Source: a virus (taxonomy: Duplodnaviria; Caudoviricetes). Taken from it: DNA of 64,000 bases. The notes under the pieces were generated by a model. The model did no database searches. It was given only the letters and a program-made list of their open reading frames with translations, and had not been told where the DNA came from. The stretch spans positions 9,439-73,438 of the IMG/VR virus record IMGVR_UViG_3300006173_000003; one strand, 5' to 3'. This document shows, piece by piece, positions 16,575 through 26,654 of this stretch. Position numbers and translations under genes: made by a program. How positions within the stretch are numbered: the stretch's first letter is position 1; each line of letters starts with the position of its first letter.

Positions 16575-19500
16575 TGGGAAAGTCAGTAAGAAGTAATAAC
16601 CCTTTTGTACTGGGTGCGGAAGACTCCGATCAAATACCAGTAAAGCAGCAGCCACAACAGCAGCCGAACAATCCTTTTGTCTTAGGCGCACAAGACTCTC
16701 ACTATGTAAAAAAAAAAGCTGGTGGCGACGGTTCTGCCTCCGATACTTCCCATACTCCATCCGAATCTCCAGAACAAGCCGCTAAAGCATTTCAGGATAA
16801 GACGCTAACCAAACAGTCTGTAGACGTATTGGCTGATACAGACGCCGGAAAGAAAGCTGGCCTTAACAATATGTCCCCCGATGCCAGGGAAGTGTTTGCG
16901 CAAGCTCATAATGGCCCAAAGAAGTCGGATCTTGTTCAGTCTGTGACAGGGATACTTGATACCTATTTCCCAAAAAGCCTAGACCCTGCGCAGAATAAAA
17001 AGACCTTCGACATGAAGCAGGCCATATTACAGGGCAATCAGGATGCTATCATAGGAACAAGGGACAATCTTATTCAAGGATTGCAAAAAAAGATTGATCA
17101 GAGAAAGAACGAGATATACCGACCTTTGCCGGGAACTCTTGGAGCGAAACAGTATTCCGACGCCCTATTGGAAGCGGACGCTACAATACAACAGTTAAAG
17201 GCTCAGCAGAAAAAAGTAACCGATTCGTTCAATGAGTACGGTAAGCAGTCGTTGGTAAGTAGTAAGGACATGGAGGCGTGGCTGAAATTAGATGCCGAAC
17301 ACCCAAACATCCAAACGAGTATCGCTTCCGAAAAACTGGGAAAGGCAGTCGAAGAAAAATATGGCATCGAACGTGAAACCCCCAACAAGGAACACGACCG
17401 AATGGCTTCAGGTATGCGCCTTATCATGCAAAGTCTTCAAATGGATGTTAATGAGGCATTGGCTTATGGCATTCCTACTAAGAACCCGGAACTTCTAAAA
17501 AAGGCTCAGGATAAAATAGCCACACTGGCCCGGTATCGGGATATGTATGAAAAGCTGGATACAGAACAATTCCCAGACGTTGGCTTAGATAAAACTGCCC
17601 GTTTTTTAGGAGATATTATAGCTGAAAAACACCCAAACAAGCTCATTCGCACCGCGGCTGATGTAAGAGAAGCGGGGAAGATAGCCAACGAACGGAATCC
17701 GGGGTTCATGGATAAGTACGGGAAGTTTGTAGAGACTGCGGCCCAAAAGCAAGATCAGGGAACATTTATTCCCCGTGGTGGTGGAGTGATTAATGAATTT
17801 GTGGGAGGCGTGATATCTGCGTCCGCAAGAAATGCCCTTGACCTTCTGAAATGGAAGGCCAGAGCCGGTACTTTGTCGGAGACAGATAAGACCGACTTGT
17901 CAAGGGAAACGTCTCCGGGCCTGAGAGGGACAACCCAATCCGGAACGGAAACAACCAAAATAACCTACGACAAGGAAGGGAAGGCGTATCGGGAACTCCC
18001 CAACGAAAACTACAGCACCCTACCTTGGAATAACTTCTTCCGTTTTGCAGGAGAAAGTGCGCCGGGGCTGGCTGAGTTTATAGCCGCCGAGGGAACGGCA
18101 AAAGTGGCAACCGAGGCACTTTCTTTTGGAAGGGCCGGTGCTGCAACGAAACAGTTTGCTGGATTACTTGGAGCCACTTACTTAACAAGCTATAACAGCA
18201 ATAGAGAGTTTGCAGATGCTAACATTGACGATAAAACATCCACAGGTGAGGCAAAAAAGATCGTATTAGCTAACCTTCTTACGGTGGCAAATGCTGGGGT
18301 TTTTCATGCATTGGGTGCATCTCCATCTAAACTTGTAGAAAAAGCAATATCTAAAGCTGTAACTCCTGACGTGCTTGAAGTGCTGGAAAAGAACTCGTGG
18401 GAACAATTGAGTCAGAAAACCGCAGAAAAATTATTGAAGGATAAAATACTCCCTCGCGCAAAGGCTATCGTCCAAAAGTTCGGAGAAAATTTAGAAGGAG
18501 GAGCAAAGATGGGGGCCGCGTCCGTAATCGATCAAAAGATACATGATCTGGCCGGGGTGATGACTAATACAAACTATAGGCCATCCACGGTAGAAGACAA
18601 TGCCCGTTCTTTTGTGCAGCAGGCTCTACTTATGACTGTTGTTGGGTTGCCAGGAATGATCTCTTCCGGGGCCATGCCGCATACTACCAGGGAAGCGCTT
18701 CATGAGGCTGGACTATATGGACCTCAATACATCGACCAAATAAATGAGCGAGTACAGAATGGGGACTTAGACCCGGTAAAGGCCAACGGCATGATTGCCA
18801 TGATAAAAACCATGCATGAAGAGTTGGGAAAAGCAGCCAAGGAAACCAACGACGACGGAACCCCTTTAACAATCCATCAGCAGCGTGATTTAGCCATAGC
18901 TAACTTTCGGAAGAGAGCCGCTGCGTCTATGGAAGAACAGGGATTGCCTGTTTCAAAAGAAGGGGCTGAGTCTGAGGCGGACAAAGACATCAAAAACATC
19001 AAGCAGCAAAATAATTGGCAGAACATTGAAGACACCCCTACCTTTAAATCCATAAAAGAACAGCAGGGGAAAGCGTTAGAGAGTTCGCTAAGGAACAAGG
19101 AAGACGTACAAAACGCATTAGATAATGATAAATCATTAACCGATAAGCAGAGAAATAATTTAGAAAAAGCAATAGAGAATATTGACGAATATATAGAGAT
19201 GTTTAAATCTCAAAAACCAGTTGAATCTTTATCTGATATAGATCCCACTGCCCGATATTATTACGAGAAAGACGGAAAAATAGTATTGGAGAGTGGAAGC
19301 GATCTTATTCACCATTTAGAAACAGGAGACATTTATGAAAAAGAGAAGCCTGACAATAAAAAAACACCCACTGAAAAAACCGAAAATACTGAAGTTAAAG
19401 GCAAAGATGCCGAAGATAAAAAAACATCCGCTATAGCGCAACCCGTTTCTGAAAAAGGGAAAGCGGCCATAAAAGAGGCGAATGAAAGGGAAAAAGAAGT

Positions 19501-22500
19501 AGAAGATGCCGGTTTTAATTTTTTGACCCAAGAAGATGATGGAGAGTTTTATAATAAAAACAGAAAATATGAGTCAGATGAGGTGCCAATAGGAATGGTT
19601 GGTCTGAAAGAAGAGGAACAGGGGAAGGGATTGGGAACCCTTGCATATATTTTGAAAGGAGAGGAATACTTGAAACAAGGAAGACATCTTGTGTCCGACG
19701 CCCCTCATATTCCCGAGGCTCGAACTGATCAGGCGACAGGTGTTTGGAAAAAACTGGTAAAGCTTGGACTCGCTACCGAAACAAGCCCAGGGAGTTATCG
19801 ATATGGAGGGGAAAGGGAGGGTACTTCCGAATCTGGAAAGTATAAGCCCAACATCAGGGATGACTACTTTGCTAAAGCGGACTTCTTTACTCCAGAAGAA
19901 AAAAAGAAGTTTGAAACTCTGGATGACGATGGGAAGGATAAAATGATTGATGACAAGAGGGCTGAATTAAAGTCGGCAAAACATTCTGATGAGGAACCGA
20001 ACAATCTGAGTGCGCAAGATGAACAGGCGGCAAGGGAAGCCGACGCCAATATTTCAAAGCAACTACAAGCAAGTTATGACAGACTTATAGCATCCGGAAC
20101 GGACCCTAGCGATCCAGAAATGAAACGGTTGCAAGAACGAATAGAATCTCTTTCACCAAAAACAGAAACCGATGGCAATGTCAAAACAGAGCAAAGCGGC
20201 GATAGCCAAAAAGAAGGTGTCTCCGAAGGTAAAGAAAGCGGCCAAGAAAGCGAAGGCCCAGACAAAAAAGGGGATGTATTAACTCCCGAATCAGAGACGG
20301 GTGCGGCAAAGCCTCCGGAGGATAAACCCGCACCCACCCCTGAAAACTCTTCCCCAATAGTAGGAATAAGGGATTCTATCGTCAACGCAGACCGTATCCA
20401 TAAAGGATTAGAGCCATTGGTTAAAGAATTTACCCGACATTGGCAGGATAACTGGAATCAGATTAAAAAGAACATTCGGAAAGGATTTAGCCCGCGTAAA
20501 TTCATTGAAGATACAGCCGCAAAGATAGCCAGGGAAGACAAGGATAACCAAGGGCGAAAATCAAAAAAGAGAACAACGTTTAGCGATTATGATTATGCGA
20601 CGCTACTTTTTGATCGACTGGATATTCAAAACAATATAGCCAGAGCCGATGATGTATTAAGGGATGCGAAAGAAAAAGGAGACATGGGATCTGAAACAGC
20701 CGCTCAACAACTTCTGGATCGATATAACGAGCAGTTAATGCAAAATGACATTGTAGGTCGTCGCATGAAATCGGAAAGCGGTCGAGCCTTATCTGCTATC
20801 CAGATGATGACAAAAATGGATGGAGAATTGGTAAATTGGACTCGCGACCTTGCTAATTTGTATCATGGAACGATGCCCGATGTCCTTAAAACTTTCGTTG
20901 AACGTATAGAAAAGGATTACAAACAGAAGACCGAAGAACTTCGACAACACTATGAATCCCTGTTACAAAAAGCTGCCGAAGATGCTTTCACAAAATGGCA
21001 AGAGGATGCCACAAAAACAAAAAAAACAGACAAGCCGACAAAAACGGTAAAAACTCAGGGCAAAGAATTGGCCGATAAAATAAGGGGGTTACGGGATAAA
21101 CTTGGAACCAATAAGCGTGATTCCTTGCAGTCCAATATATTTGGGTTGCCTATTGCCATTGCCGACAGCGCATTAGTCACAATAGCCAATTTGGTAGAAG
21201 GGGGAGCTAAGTTGATAGATGCTATTAATGAGGCCCTGAAAGATGTTAAATTTGATAACGAAAAAGATAGGGATGCCTTCATTTCCCATCTTCAAAACAC
21301 CGAAGACCCGGAATCCGAACAGGCTAAAAGGGCAAACAGCATTGAAAATATAAAAAGTATTGCAAAAGAACAGGGTGTAACCACGCTTCCCCCAGAGGCC
21401 AATAAAGACTTACAAAGTTTAATGAAGTCCTACATAAAAGACGGAGTCAAGTCGTTGGATGAATTGGTTAAAAAAACGATGGAAGACATTAAAGGCGACC
21501 TTCCAGATGTTGAAGAAAGGGATGTGCGGGATGCTTTTTCTGGTTACGGGCCTAAGCCTGACGGAGAATCTAAAATGAAGTCAGATTTAGCCAAACTTAA
21601 AGAACAGTCACGTAAGGTTTCTGAATACCAAGATTTACTTCAAAAGCCTGCCGGGGAAACGCTAGCACAAGAGGCAAGGCGTCTGGAAAAGGCCCGTAAG
21701 TTAGCTGATGAAGTAAATGGGTACATGCGTGAAATGGGTATCGAGCAAGAGCCGCCTCCGACTACACCAGAAGCTAAAAAGGCACTAGCACTAGAGAAAT
21801 CTAAGGCCAGAATGAAGTCTGTGATAGAAGGTTTGAATAAGCAAATATTGGCCGGTGAACGCAAGGAACGAAATGGCATTACTCCTGATAGGGAATTGTC
21901 TGTTCTTAAATCTGAACGCGATCGGTTGTCTAAGCAGTTGGATGAAATCGAAAAAGCAAAAGTATCTCCCGAAGAAAAAATAAAGCAGACCGTAGATGCT
22001 TTAAATCGGCAGATACTAAATTACGAAAGACAAATAAGAGAAGGAGTAGACCTTATGAAGCCAAAAGAAGAACGCCCTTCGACCAAACAAATAGAACAAC
22101 TTCGTAAGAGAAAGAATGAGCTTAAAAAGGAGGTAGAAGGCATACGTAGGGATACAGACCCAAATTATGATCCTCAAAAAAGAGCATTGGAAGATTATAA
22201 CGAAGGACTGCAAAAAAGAGCATGGGAATTGGAAGATAAGATAGAAAACAAGGATTACGCCGAACCAGAACCACCAAATAAAGTAGATTTCTCAAAGGAT
22301 AAAAAATCTATTGAATTGGAATCCAATATCAGGAAATTGGAAGCTAACTTTTATGCGGCAAGAAAGGCAGGAGAACTAATAAATAGGTCTTGGTTACAGA
22401 AAGCAATGTCATTCTTAGCCTCACTTAAACGATCTTTTGTATTATCCAGGATATCGACTTTCGGACGGCTTGTTGCTGCTGACTTTTGGTCTAATGCGGT

Positions 22501-23836
22501 GTTCTCCCCATTGGAATCCGTGTCCGGGACTGGTCAATATTTGGGAACAAAAATAGGCTTTGCTAAAAAACTATCCCAACAAGCTGATAGATATGGAGTT
22601 TCAACCAAAGGAGATTTAGGCGCAATATGGAAAGGAGAGGTGGCGGCTATCAAGGCTCTTGGAAGCCCACAAACGTGGAAAGATTTTGTAAGCGATGCAA
22701 AGAATGGCTATAGTGAATTGACATTAATGTATGCGGAACATCAACACATAGGCGTGCCTAAAGAATTAAGAGACCATTGGCAAACAATAGAACATGGATT
22801 GGAGGTCATAGGAAGGACTCACGGAGCAGTGAAAGGAATTTCCAAAAGGATGGAGTTCATGCGGTCATATGTGATTAGAAAAGAGGCAGCGAGAAGAAAA
22901 GGCGCTGACGTGGATAATCCTGTGATTCAGGCTTCAATAGGAGCAATGGCGTACAAGGACGCGCTGAGACACATATTGATGGAAGACAACATGGCCTCTA
23001 AAGGGTACGCATGGGTAATTGACAAACTCGAAAAACAAGGTCTTGCCTCTCAATTTCTGGCTCTGGGGATGAAAGAATTGATGCCTATCGTCAAAATACC
23101 TACCAATCTCGTGTTAAATGCAGTAAGGGGAGCCGTTGGTACTCCTTTGGCCGGGGGAATGATTGCTTTTAGGGGCCTTGTAGAAGTAATGAGTAAGGGA
23201 AACAGCGAATGGGGCATAAGCAAATTGACGCCAGAGCAATCCGACGCTTTGTTACGTAACCTACGTAAAGGTAATGTTGGCATGGCCTTAATGATAGCCG
23301 GATTCGTCGCTCCCAATATGTTTGGCGCTGCTCATTATTATCAAAAAGGATCAGAACAGCCAGAAGGATTAGCAGAAGGAGAAGTTAATTTCTTTGGAGT
23401 GACCGTCCCTCGTTGGCTGGCTGATAATCCTTACTTAGTCACTATGAAAATAGGGGCATCTTTACGTAGCGCGTTTGATTACTATACTGACGAGAAGGAT
23501 CAATCGTTTGCCAAGGCTGGGGCTAATGCGTTAATCCACACAATGGCCGGAGCAGCAGAAGAAACACCTTTGATTGGCTCCCCGGCTCAATTATATCAAG
23601 CCGCCACTGGATATGGAGGCGATTATTTCTGGTATAATTTCGTTAAGGGAACTGCTGAACCCGGACTGCTTCAAGAAATCGCTGAGGATACGGATAATAC
23701 AGAAAACAATTTAAGGAACGTAATATTCGGGGATTTTATAAAACCAAGTCCCAGAATTAAGAGAAAACCATCATCCATTGGAGAGGCATTAGAAACAGGA
23801 CTTCCAGGGGCCAGAGAAAACGTGGAAGAAAAATAA
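16574..23836 (+). CDS. Giant internal virion/ejection polyvalent protein with GNAT domain
   Basis: 2420 aa, largely coiled-coil; VGLKEEEQGKGLGTLAY acetyl-CoA motif near 19600-19650; duplicated NNPFVLGAxDS at N-terminus. Confidence 0.65.
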   Translation: MGKSVRSNNPFVLGAEDSDQIPVKQQPQQQPNNPFVLGAQDSHYVKKKAGGDGSASDTSHTPSESPEQAAKAFQDKTLTKQSVDVLADTDAGKKAGLNNMSPDAREVFAQAHNGPKKSDLVQSVTGILDTYFPKSLDPAQNKKTFDMKQAILQGNQDAIIGTRDNLIQGLQKKIDQRKNEIYRPLPGTLGAKQYSDALLEADATIQQLKAQQKKVTDSFNEYGKQSLVSSKDMEAWLKLDAEHPNIQTSIASEKLGKAVEEKYGIERETPNKEHDRMASGMRLIMQSLQMDVNEALAYGIPTKNPELLKKAQDKIATLARYRDMYEKLDTEQFPDVGLDKTARFLGDIIAEKHPNKLIRTAADVREAGKIANERNPGFMDKYGKFVETAAQKQDQGTFIPRGGGVINEFVGGVISASARNALDLLKWKARAGTLSETDKTDLSRETSPGLRGTTQSGTETTKITYDKEGKAYRELPNENYSTLPWNNFFRFAGESAPGLAEFIAAEGTAKVATEALSFGRAGAATKQFAGLLGATYLTSYNSNREFADANIDDKTSTGEAKKIVLANLLTVANAGVFHALGASPSKLVEKAISKAVTPDVLEVLEKNSWEQLSQKTAEKLLKDKILPRAKAIVQKFGENLEGGAKMGAASVIDQKIHDLAGVMTNTNYRPSTVEDNARSFVQQALLMTVVGLPGMISSGAMPHTTREALHEAGLYGPQYIDQINERVQNGDLDPVKANGMIAMIKTMHEELGKAAKETNDDGTPLTIHQQRDLAIANFRKRAAASMEEQGLPVSKEGAESEADKDIKNIKQQNNWQNIEDTPTFKSIKEQQGKALESSLRNKEDVQNALDNDKSLTDKQRNNLEKAIENIDEYIEMFKSQKPVESLSDIDPTARYYYEKDGKIVLESGSDLIHHLETGDIYEKEKPDNKKTPTEKTENTEVKGKDAEDKKTSAIAQPVSEKGKAAIKEANEREKEVEDAGFNFLTQEDDGEFYNKNRKYESDEVPIGMVGLKEEEQGKGLGTLAYILKGEEYLKQGRHLVSDAPHIPEARTDQATGVWKKLVKLGLATETSPGSYRYGGEREGTSESGKYKPNIRDDYFAKADFFTPEEKKKFETLDDDGKDKMIDDKRAELKSAKHSDEEPNNLSAQDEQAAREADANISKQLQASYDRLIASGTDPSDPEMKRLQERIESLSPKTETDGNVKTEQSGDSQKEGVSEGKESGQESEGPDKKGDVLTPESETGAAKPPEDKPAPTPENSSPIVGIRDSIVNADRIHKGLEPLVKEFTRHWQDNWNQIKKNIRKGFSPRKFIEDTAAKIAREDKDNQGRKSKKRTTFSDYDYATLLFDRLDIQNNIARADDVLRDAKEKGDMGSETAAQQLLDRYNEQLMQNDIVGRRMKSESGRALSAIQMMTKMDGELVNWTRDLANLYHGTMPDVLKTFVERIEKDYKQKTEELRQHYESLLQKAAEDAFTKWQEDATKTKKTDKPTKTVKTQGKELADKIRGLRDKLGTNKRDSLQSNIFGLPIAIADSALVTIANLVEGGAKLIDAINEALKDVKFDNEKDRDAFISHLQNTEDPESEQAKRANSIENIKSIAKEQGVTTLPPEANKDLQSLMKSYIKDGVKSLDELVKKTMEDIKGDLPDVEERDVRDAFSGYGPKPDGESKMKSDLAKLKEQSRKVSEYQDLLQKPAGETLAQEARRLEKARKLADEVNGYMREMGIEQEPPPTTPEAKKALALEKSKARMKSVIEGLNKQILAGERKERNGITPDRELSVLKSERDRLSKQLDEIEKAKVSPEEKIKQTVDALNRQILNYERQIREGVDLMKPKEERPSTKQIEQLRKRKNELKKEVEGIRRDTDPNYDPQKRALEDYNEGLQKRAWELEDKIENKDYAEPEPPNKVDFSKDKKSIELESNIRKLEANFYAARKAGELINRSWLQKAMSFLASLKRSFVLSRISTFGRLVAADFWSNAVFSPLESVSGTGQYLGTKIGFAKKLSQQADRYGVSTKGDLGAIWKGEVAAIKALGSPQTWKDFVSDAKNGYSELTLMYAEHQHIGVPKELRDHWQTIEHGLEVIGRTHGAVKGISKRMEFMRSYVIRKEAARRKGADVDNPVIQASIGAMAYKDALRHILMEDNMASKGYAWVIDKLEKQGLASQFLALGMKELMPIVKIPTNLVLNAVRGAVGTPLAGGMIAFRGLVEVMSKGNSEWGISKLTPEQSDALLRNLRKGNVGMALMIAGFVAPNMFGAAHYYQKGSEQPEGLAEGEVNFFGVTVPRWLADNPYLVTMKIGASLRSAFDYYTDEKDQSFAKAGANALIHTMAGAAEETPLIGSPAQLYQAATGYGGDYFWYNFVKGTAEPGLLQEIAEDTDNTENNLRNVIFGDFIKPSPRIKRKPSSIGEALETGLPGARENVEEK

Positions 23837-23840
23837 AAGC

Positions 23841-24416
23841 ATGATACTACTATCAGCACATAAAGATACTATAAAGAATAACTACCAACTTCGGTATGAA
23901 AAAGGAGAGTTTATAGGATTGTTGGATAATTGGATAGGGGTATTTATTACGAACCTACTTATTTTTGATGATCCTAATATCGCAAGACTTGAAAAAGATG
24001 GAGAGATTAGAATATTTATGGGGGATAGCGAAGAATGGGGAACAATTACTCCGCTACCCCATTTAGATGATAAAGATATTGTGTTGGTTATAGATGTAGA
24101 GACTGGCAAAAAGTACGACAAATACGACTTGGCGTTTGTTAATATATCTGGATTTCCAAAGAAGGAAATAAGAGGTCTTTGTGATCATTTAAAATGGGAA
24201 GGATTTTCAGTTTTGAGTAAGTTTTATGATGGGGATAGGAATAATGAGGATGAGGCATGGCAATGGAGAAAGAAGGGGGTTAGAGTTATAAGTATAGTTA
24301 TCCCTTGTAATGATGCCGGGAAAACAGGATGGCACGTGGACAATTGCACCATTTCGTATGAAAAAGTGGTTGTTTGTAAGGAAGCCATAAAAAGAGTAAT
24401 AAATTATTTGTTATGA
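23841..24416 (+). CDS. Minimal M28/M20-clan zinc peptidase-like protein
   Basis: LSAHKD, GLLDN, DSEEWG, VIDV and GWH(V)D ligand pattern. Confidence 0.65.
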   Translation: MILLSAHKDTIKNNYQLRYEKGEFIGLLDNWIGVFITNLLIFDDPNIARLEKDGEIRIFMGDSEEWGTITPLPHLDDKDIVLVIDVETGKKYDKYDLAFVNISGFPKKEIRGLCDHLKWEGFSVLSKFYDGDRNNEDEAWQWRKKGVRVISIVIPCNDAGKTGWHVDNCTISYEKVVVCKEAIKRVINYLL

Positions 24417-24613
24417 ATCTTTGTAATGGGAGAGTGTCGATAATCGATGACCCAGAGGTTGGTGGACGGGTCATTTTAACATTTTACCCCGACAATAAAC
24501 CGATTCATTATAGTGTGTCATATTGGGATTTGAAAGAGTTGCTTGAGAAGTCAAATTCATCTATTAAACTAATAGATAGCAAATTCACTTTAACGGAAAA
24601 TCATGGAAATTAA
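24413..24613 (+). CDS. Hypothetical protein
   Basis: 66-aa ORF overlapping both neighbours. Confidence 0.5.
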   Translation: MNLCNGRVSIIDDPEVGGRVILTFYPDNKPIHYSVSYWDLKELLEKSNSSIKLIDSKFTLTENHGN

Positions 24614-25886
24614 TTTGAAAGACAAAACAGTTTTAGTTTTCGATTATGGCGGATTCGTTGAAGTGGCTATTCGTTTGTCCAGAGACTTTGGCCGTGTGTT
24701 ATATTATTGTCCATACGAAAGCGAGTTTATGAAGCATCAGCCATATATAATTGGCGATGGCATACCATCAGTGGAAAGGGTGAATAACATATGGGATTAT
24801 TACCATGAAGTAGACTTATTTGTGTTTACTGATTTGCATCAAGGGCCATTTCAAGATTGGCTTAGAGAACATGGGAAATTAGTGTTTGGCGCTGGTCGTG
24901 GCGAGGATATGGAATTGTATAGAGATAGAATGAAGTCCCTTCAGAGAGAAATAGGATTACCTGTAAATGAACATTGGATTGTAGAGGGGCTGGATAATTT
25001 GAAAACCTTGTTGGAACCAATGGAAGACGTGTGGGTAAAAACAAATTTATTCAGGGGAGACGGAGAGACATGGCACTATATAAATAAACAATTAAGTGAA
25101 GAAAAATTGATAGAGCTAGAGGATTCCTTAGGAGCCAACAGGGACAACGTTATATTTGTGGTAGAGCAGTCTATTAAAGATTGCGTTGAAGCCGCTTATG
25201 ATGGATTTGCCATTAATGGGCTGTATACCCGGATATGCCCTGTTGGGTTGGAAATAAAGGACGAAGCGTACATAATGAAGTTGGTGGAATATGATAAAAT
25301 ACCCAAACCACTGAAAGATGTAACAGATAAATTAGCTCCGATATTCAGAGAATATAACTACAGGGGAGACTATGGCAATGAGGTAAAAATACTTAAAGAC
25401 GGAACTGGATATTTATTGGACCAAACAACACGATGCCCCTCACCGCCAACTAGCATAAAGATAGAAATAATTGAAAACTATAGTCAGTGTGTATATCTGA
25501 TTGCAATGGGGATGGTTCCTGAAATAAGGTATAAATACAAATATGGGTGTCAAGTATCCATAAAGAGTGATTGGGCCAAGGCAAAGCCGCAGCCGGTTTA
25601 TTTCCCGGAAAAATATAAAGACTTTGTTAAGTTAAAAAATTTATACATTGATAAGGATGGGGTTTATAAATATATACCCAAAAAAGATTTAGAAACTGAT
25701 TACGCTGGTGCAGAAGGAATAGGAGCGGTTGTTGGGCTGGGAAATACCTTAGAAGAAGCTCAAGGTATGTGTAAAAAAATAGCAAAAGAGGTAAAAGGGT
25801 ATGGTATATACATCGAGTCTCATACCCTTGATGCGGCTCAAAAGGAATTAGACAAGTTAACAAAGTTTGGAATAAAATTATTTTAA
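24603..25886 (+). CDS. ATP-grasp ligase (PurD/GARS-like)
   Basis: ELYRDRMKSLQREIGLP, VWVK, FVVEQ, YRGDYGNEV, LDQTTRCPSP ATP-grasp pattern. Confidence 0.7.
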   Translation: MEINLKDKTVLVFDYGGFVEVAIRLSRDFGRVLYYCPYESEFMKHQPYIIGDGIPSVERVNNIWDYYHEVDLFVFTDLHQGPFQDWLREHGKLVFGAGRGEDMELYRDRMKSLQREIGLPVNEHWIVEGLDNLKTLLEPMEDVWVKTNLFRGDGETWHYINKQLSEEKLIELEDSLGANRDNVIFVVEQSIKDCVEAAYDGFAINGLYTRICPVGLEIKDEAYIMKLVEYDKIPKPLKDVTDKLAPIFREYNYRGDYGNEVKILKDGTGYLLDQTTRCPSPPTSIKIEIIENYSQCVYLIAMGMVPEIRYKYKYGCQVSIKSDWAKAKPQPVYFPEKYKDFVKLKNLYIDKDGVYKYIPKKDLETDYAGAEGIGAVVGLGNTLEEAQGMCKKIAKEVKGYGIYIESHTLDAAQKELDKLTKFGIKLF

Positions 25887-25887
25887 T

Positions 25888-26058
25888 ATGCCACTAAAAA
25901 AAGCTCATGGCAGAGGTAAAAAGGCGGTGCAATCTGCTGTATCTGCCAATATAAGAGAGTTGTATCATGCAAATGATAGTAAACCATCCGGAAAGAAAAG
26001 ATCGGCGGCTCAGATTAAGGCTATTGCCTATTCCGCTGCTAAAAAGAAGAAAAAGTAA
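25888..26058 (+). CDS. Small basic phage protein (56 aa, absent from ORF track)
   Basis: MPLKK...VSANIRELY...QIKAIAYSAAKKKKK, a pattern often seen near terminase genes; TAATG coupling to next gene. Confidence 0.7.
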   Translation: MPLKKAHGRGKKAVQSAVSANIRELYHANDSKPSGKKRSAAQIKAIAYSAAKKKKK

Positions 26059-26654
26059 TGGTAAATATATTTTCGGAAGTAGTCAACTTTGATGGAGTAA
26101 ACTTTCAGGATCACCTAAAGAGGCTTAATGTCTTCCACCTGTTCGATAAGATATTTACAAGTCCCTTATTTGATGATAATAAAGTTCAAATAAAAGTCAT
26201 TCAATATATAGCATATTCTCATTCAACGGAAAGCCAGAAACTAAGCCTTGGAGGGGACAGAAGAAAAGAGTGTGCCAGGATATTCAAAGAATTGGAACTA
26301 GATGATAAATACTATGAGCCAGTGGTTATGTTGGCAAGTAGAGATGTCCTTGATTGCGCACAAGCATGGATGAAGCATAAGGACAACCGTCAGATCGAAT
26401 ACCTTTTTACACTTGAAAACGCCTATATGCAGCAGCAGAAGGCGTCTTTGGAGATGTTGAAGAAATCAGATGGACTAACGGTTGACTATAATCAAAAGAT
26501 GGATTGTATTTTGCATATGACTGACCTTAAAAAAATGATTAAGGAGGCCGAATCGGAGCTTCAACAGAACGACATTAAGTTGAAAGAGGCGCATCAGGAG
26601 GTCAAAAAGGCAGCAGCCAAATTTACTATAAGTCCGGAAAATTTTGCAAAATAA
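26058..26654 (+). CDS. Putative terminase small subunit
   Basis: Helical 198-aa protein with C-terminal coiled coil immediately upstream of TerL; positional call. Confidence 0.45.
   Translation: MVNIFSEVVNFDGVNFQDHLKRLNVFHLFDKIFTSPLFDDNKVQIKVIQYIAYSHSTESQKLSLGGDRRKECARIFKELELDDKYYEPVVMLASRDVLDCAQAWMKHKDNRQIEYLFTLENAYMQQQKASLEMLKKSDGLTVDYNQKMDCILHMTDLKKMIKEAESELQQNDIKLKEAHQEVKKAAAKFTISPENFAK

Noticed and set aside
16574-23836. Giant protein as a virion RNA polymerase
   Set aside because: No DxDGD or DFDID-type catalytic motif found; mostly coiled coil plus a GNAT
24603-25886. Annotation as purD auxiliary metabolic gene
   Set aside because: No other purine genes; context and divergence favour a different ligase, so no gene symbol assigned
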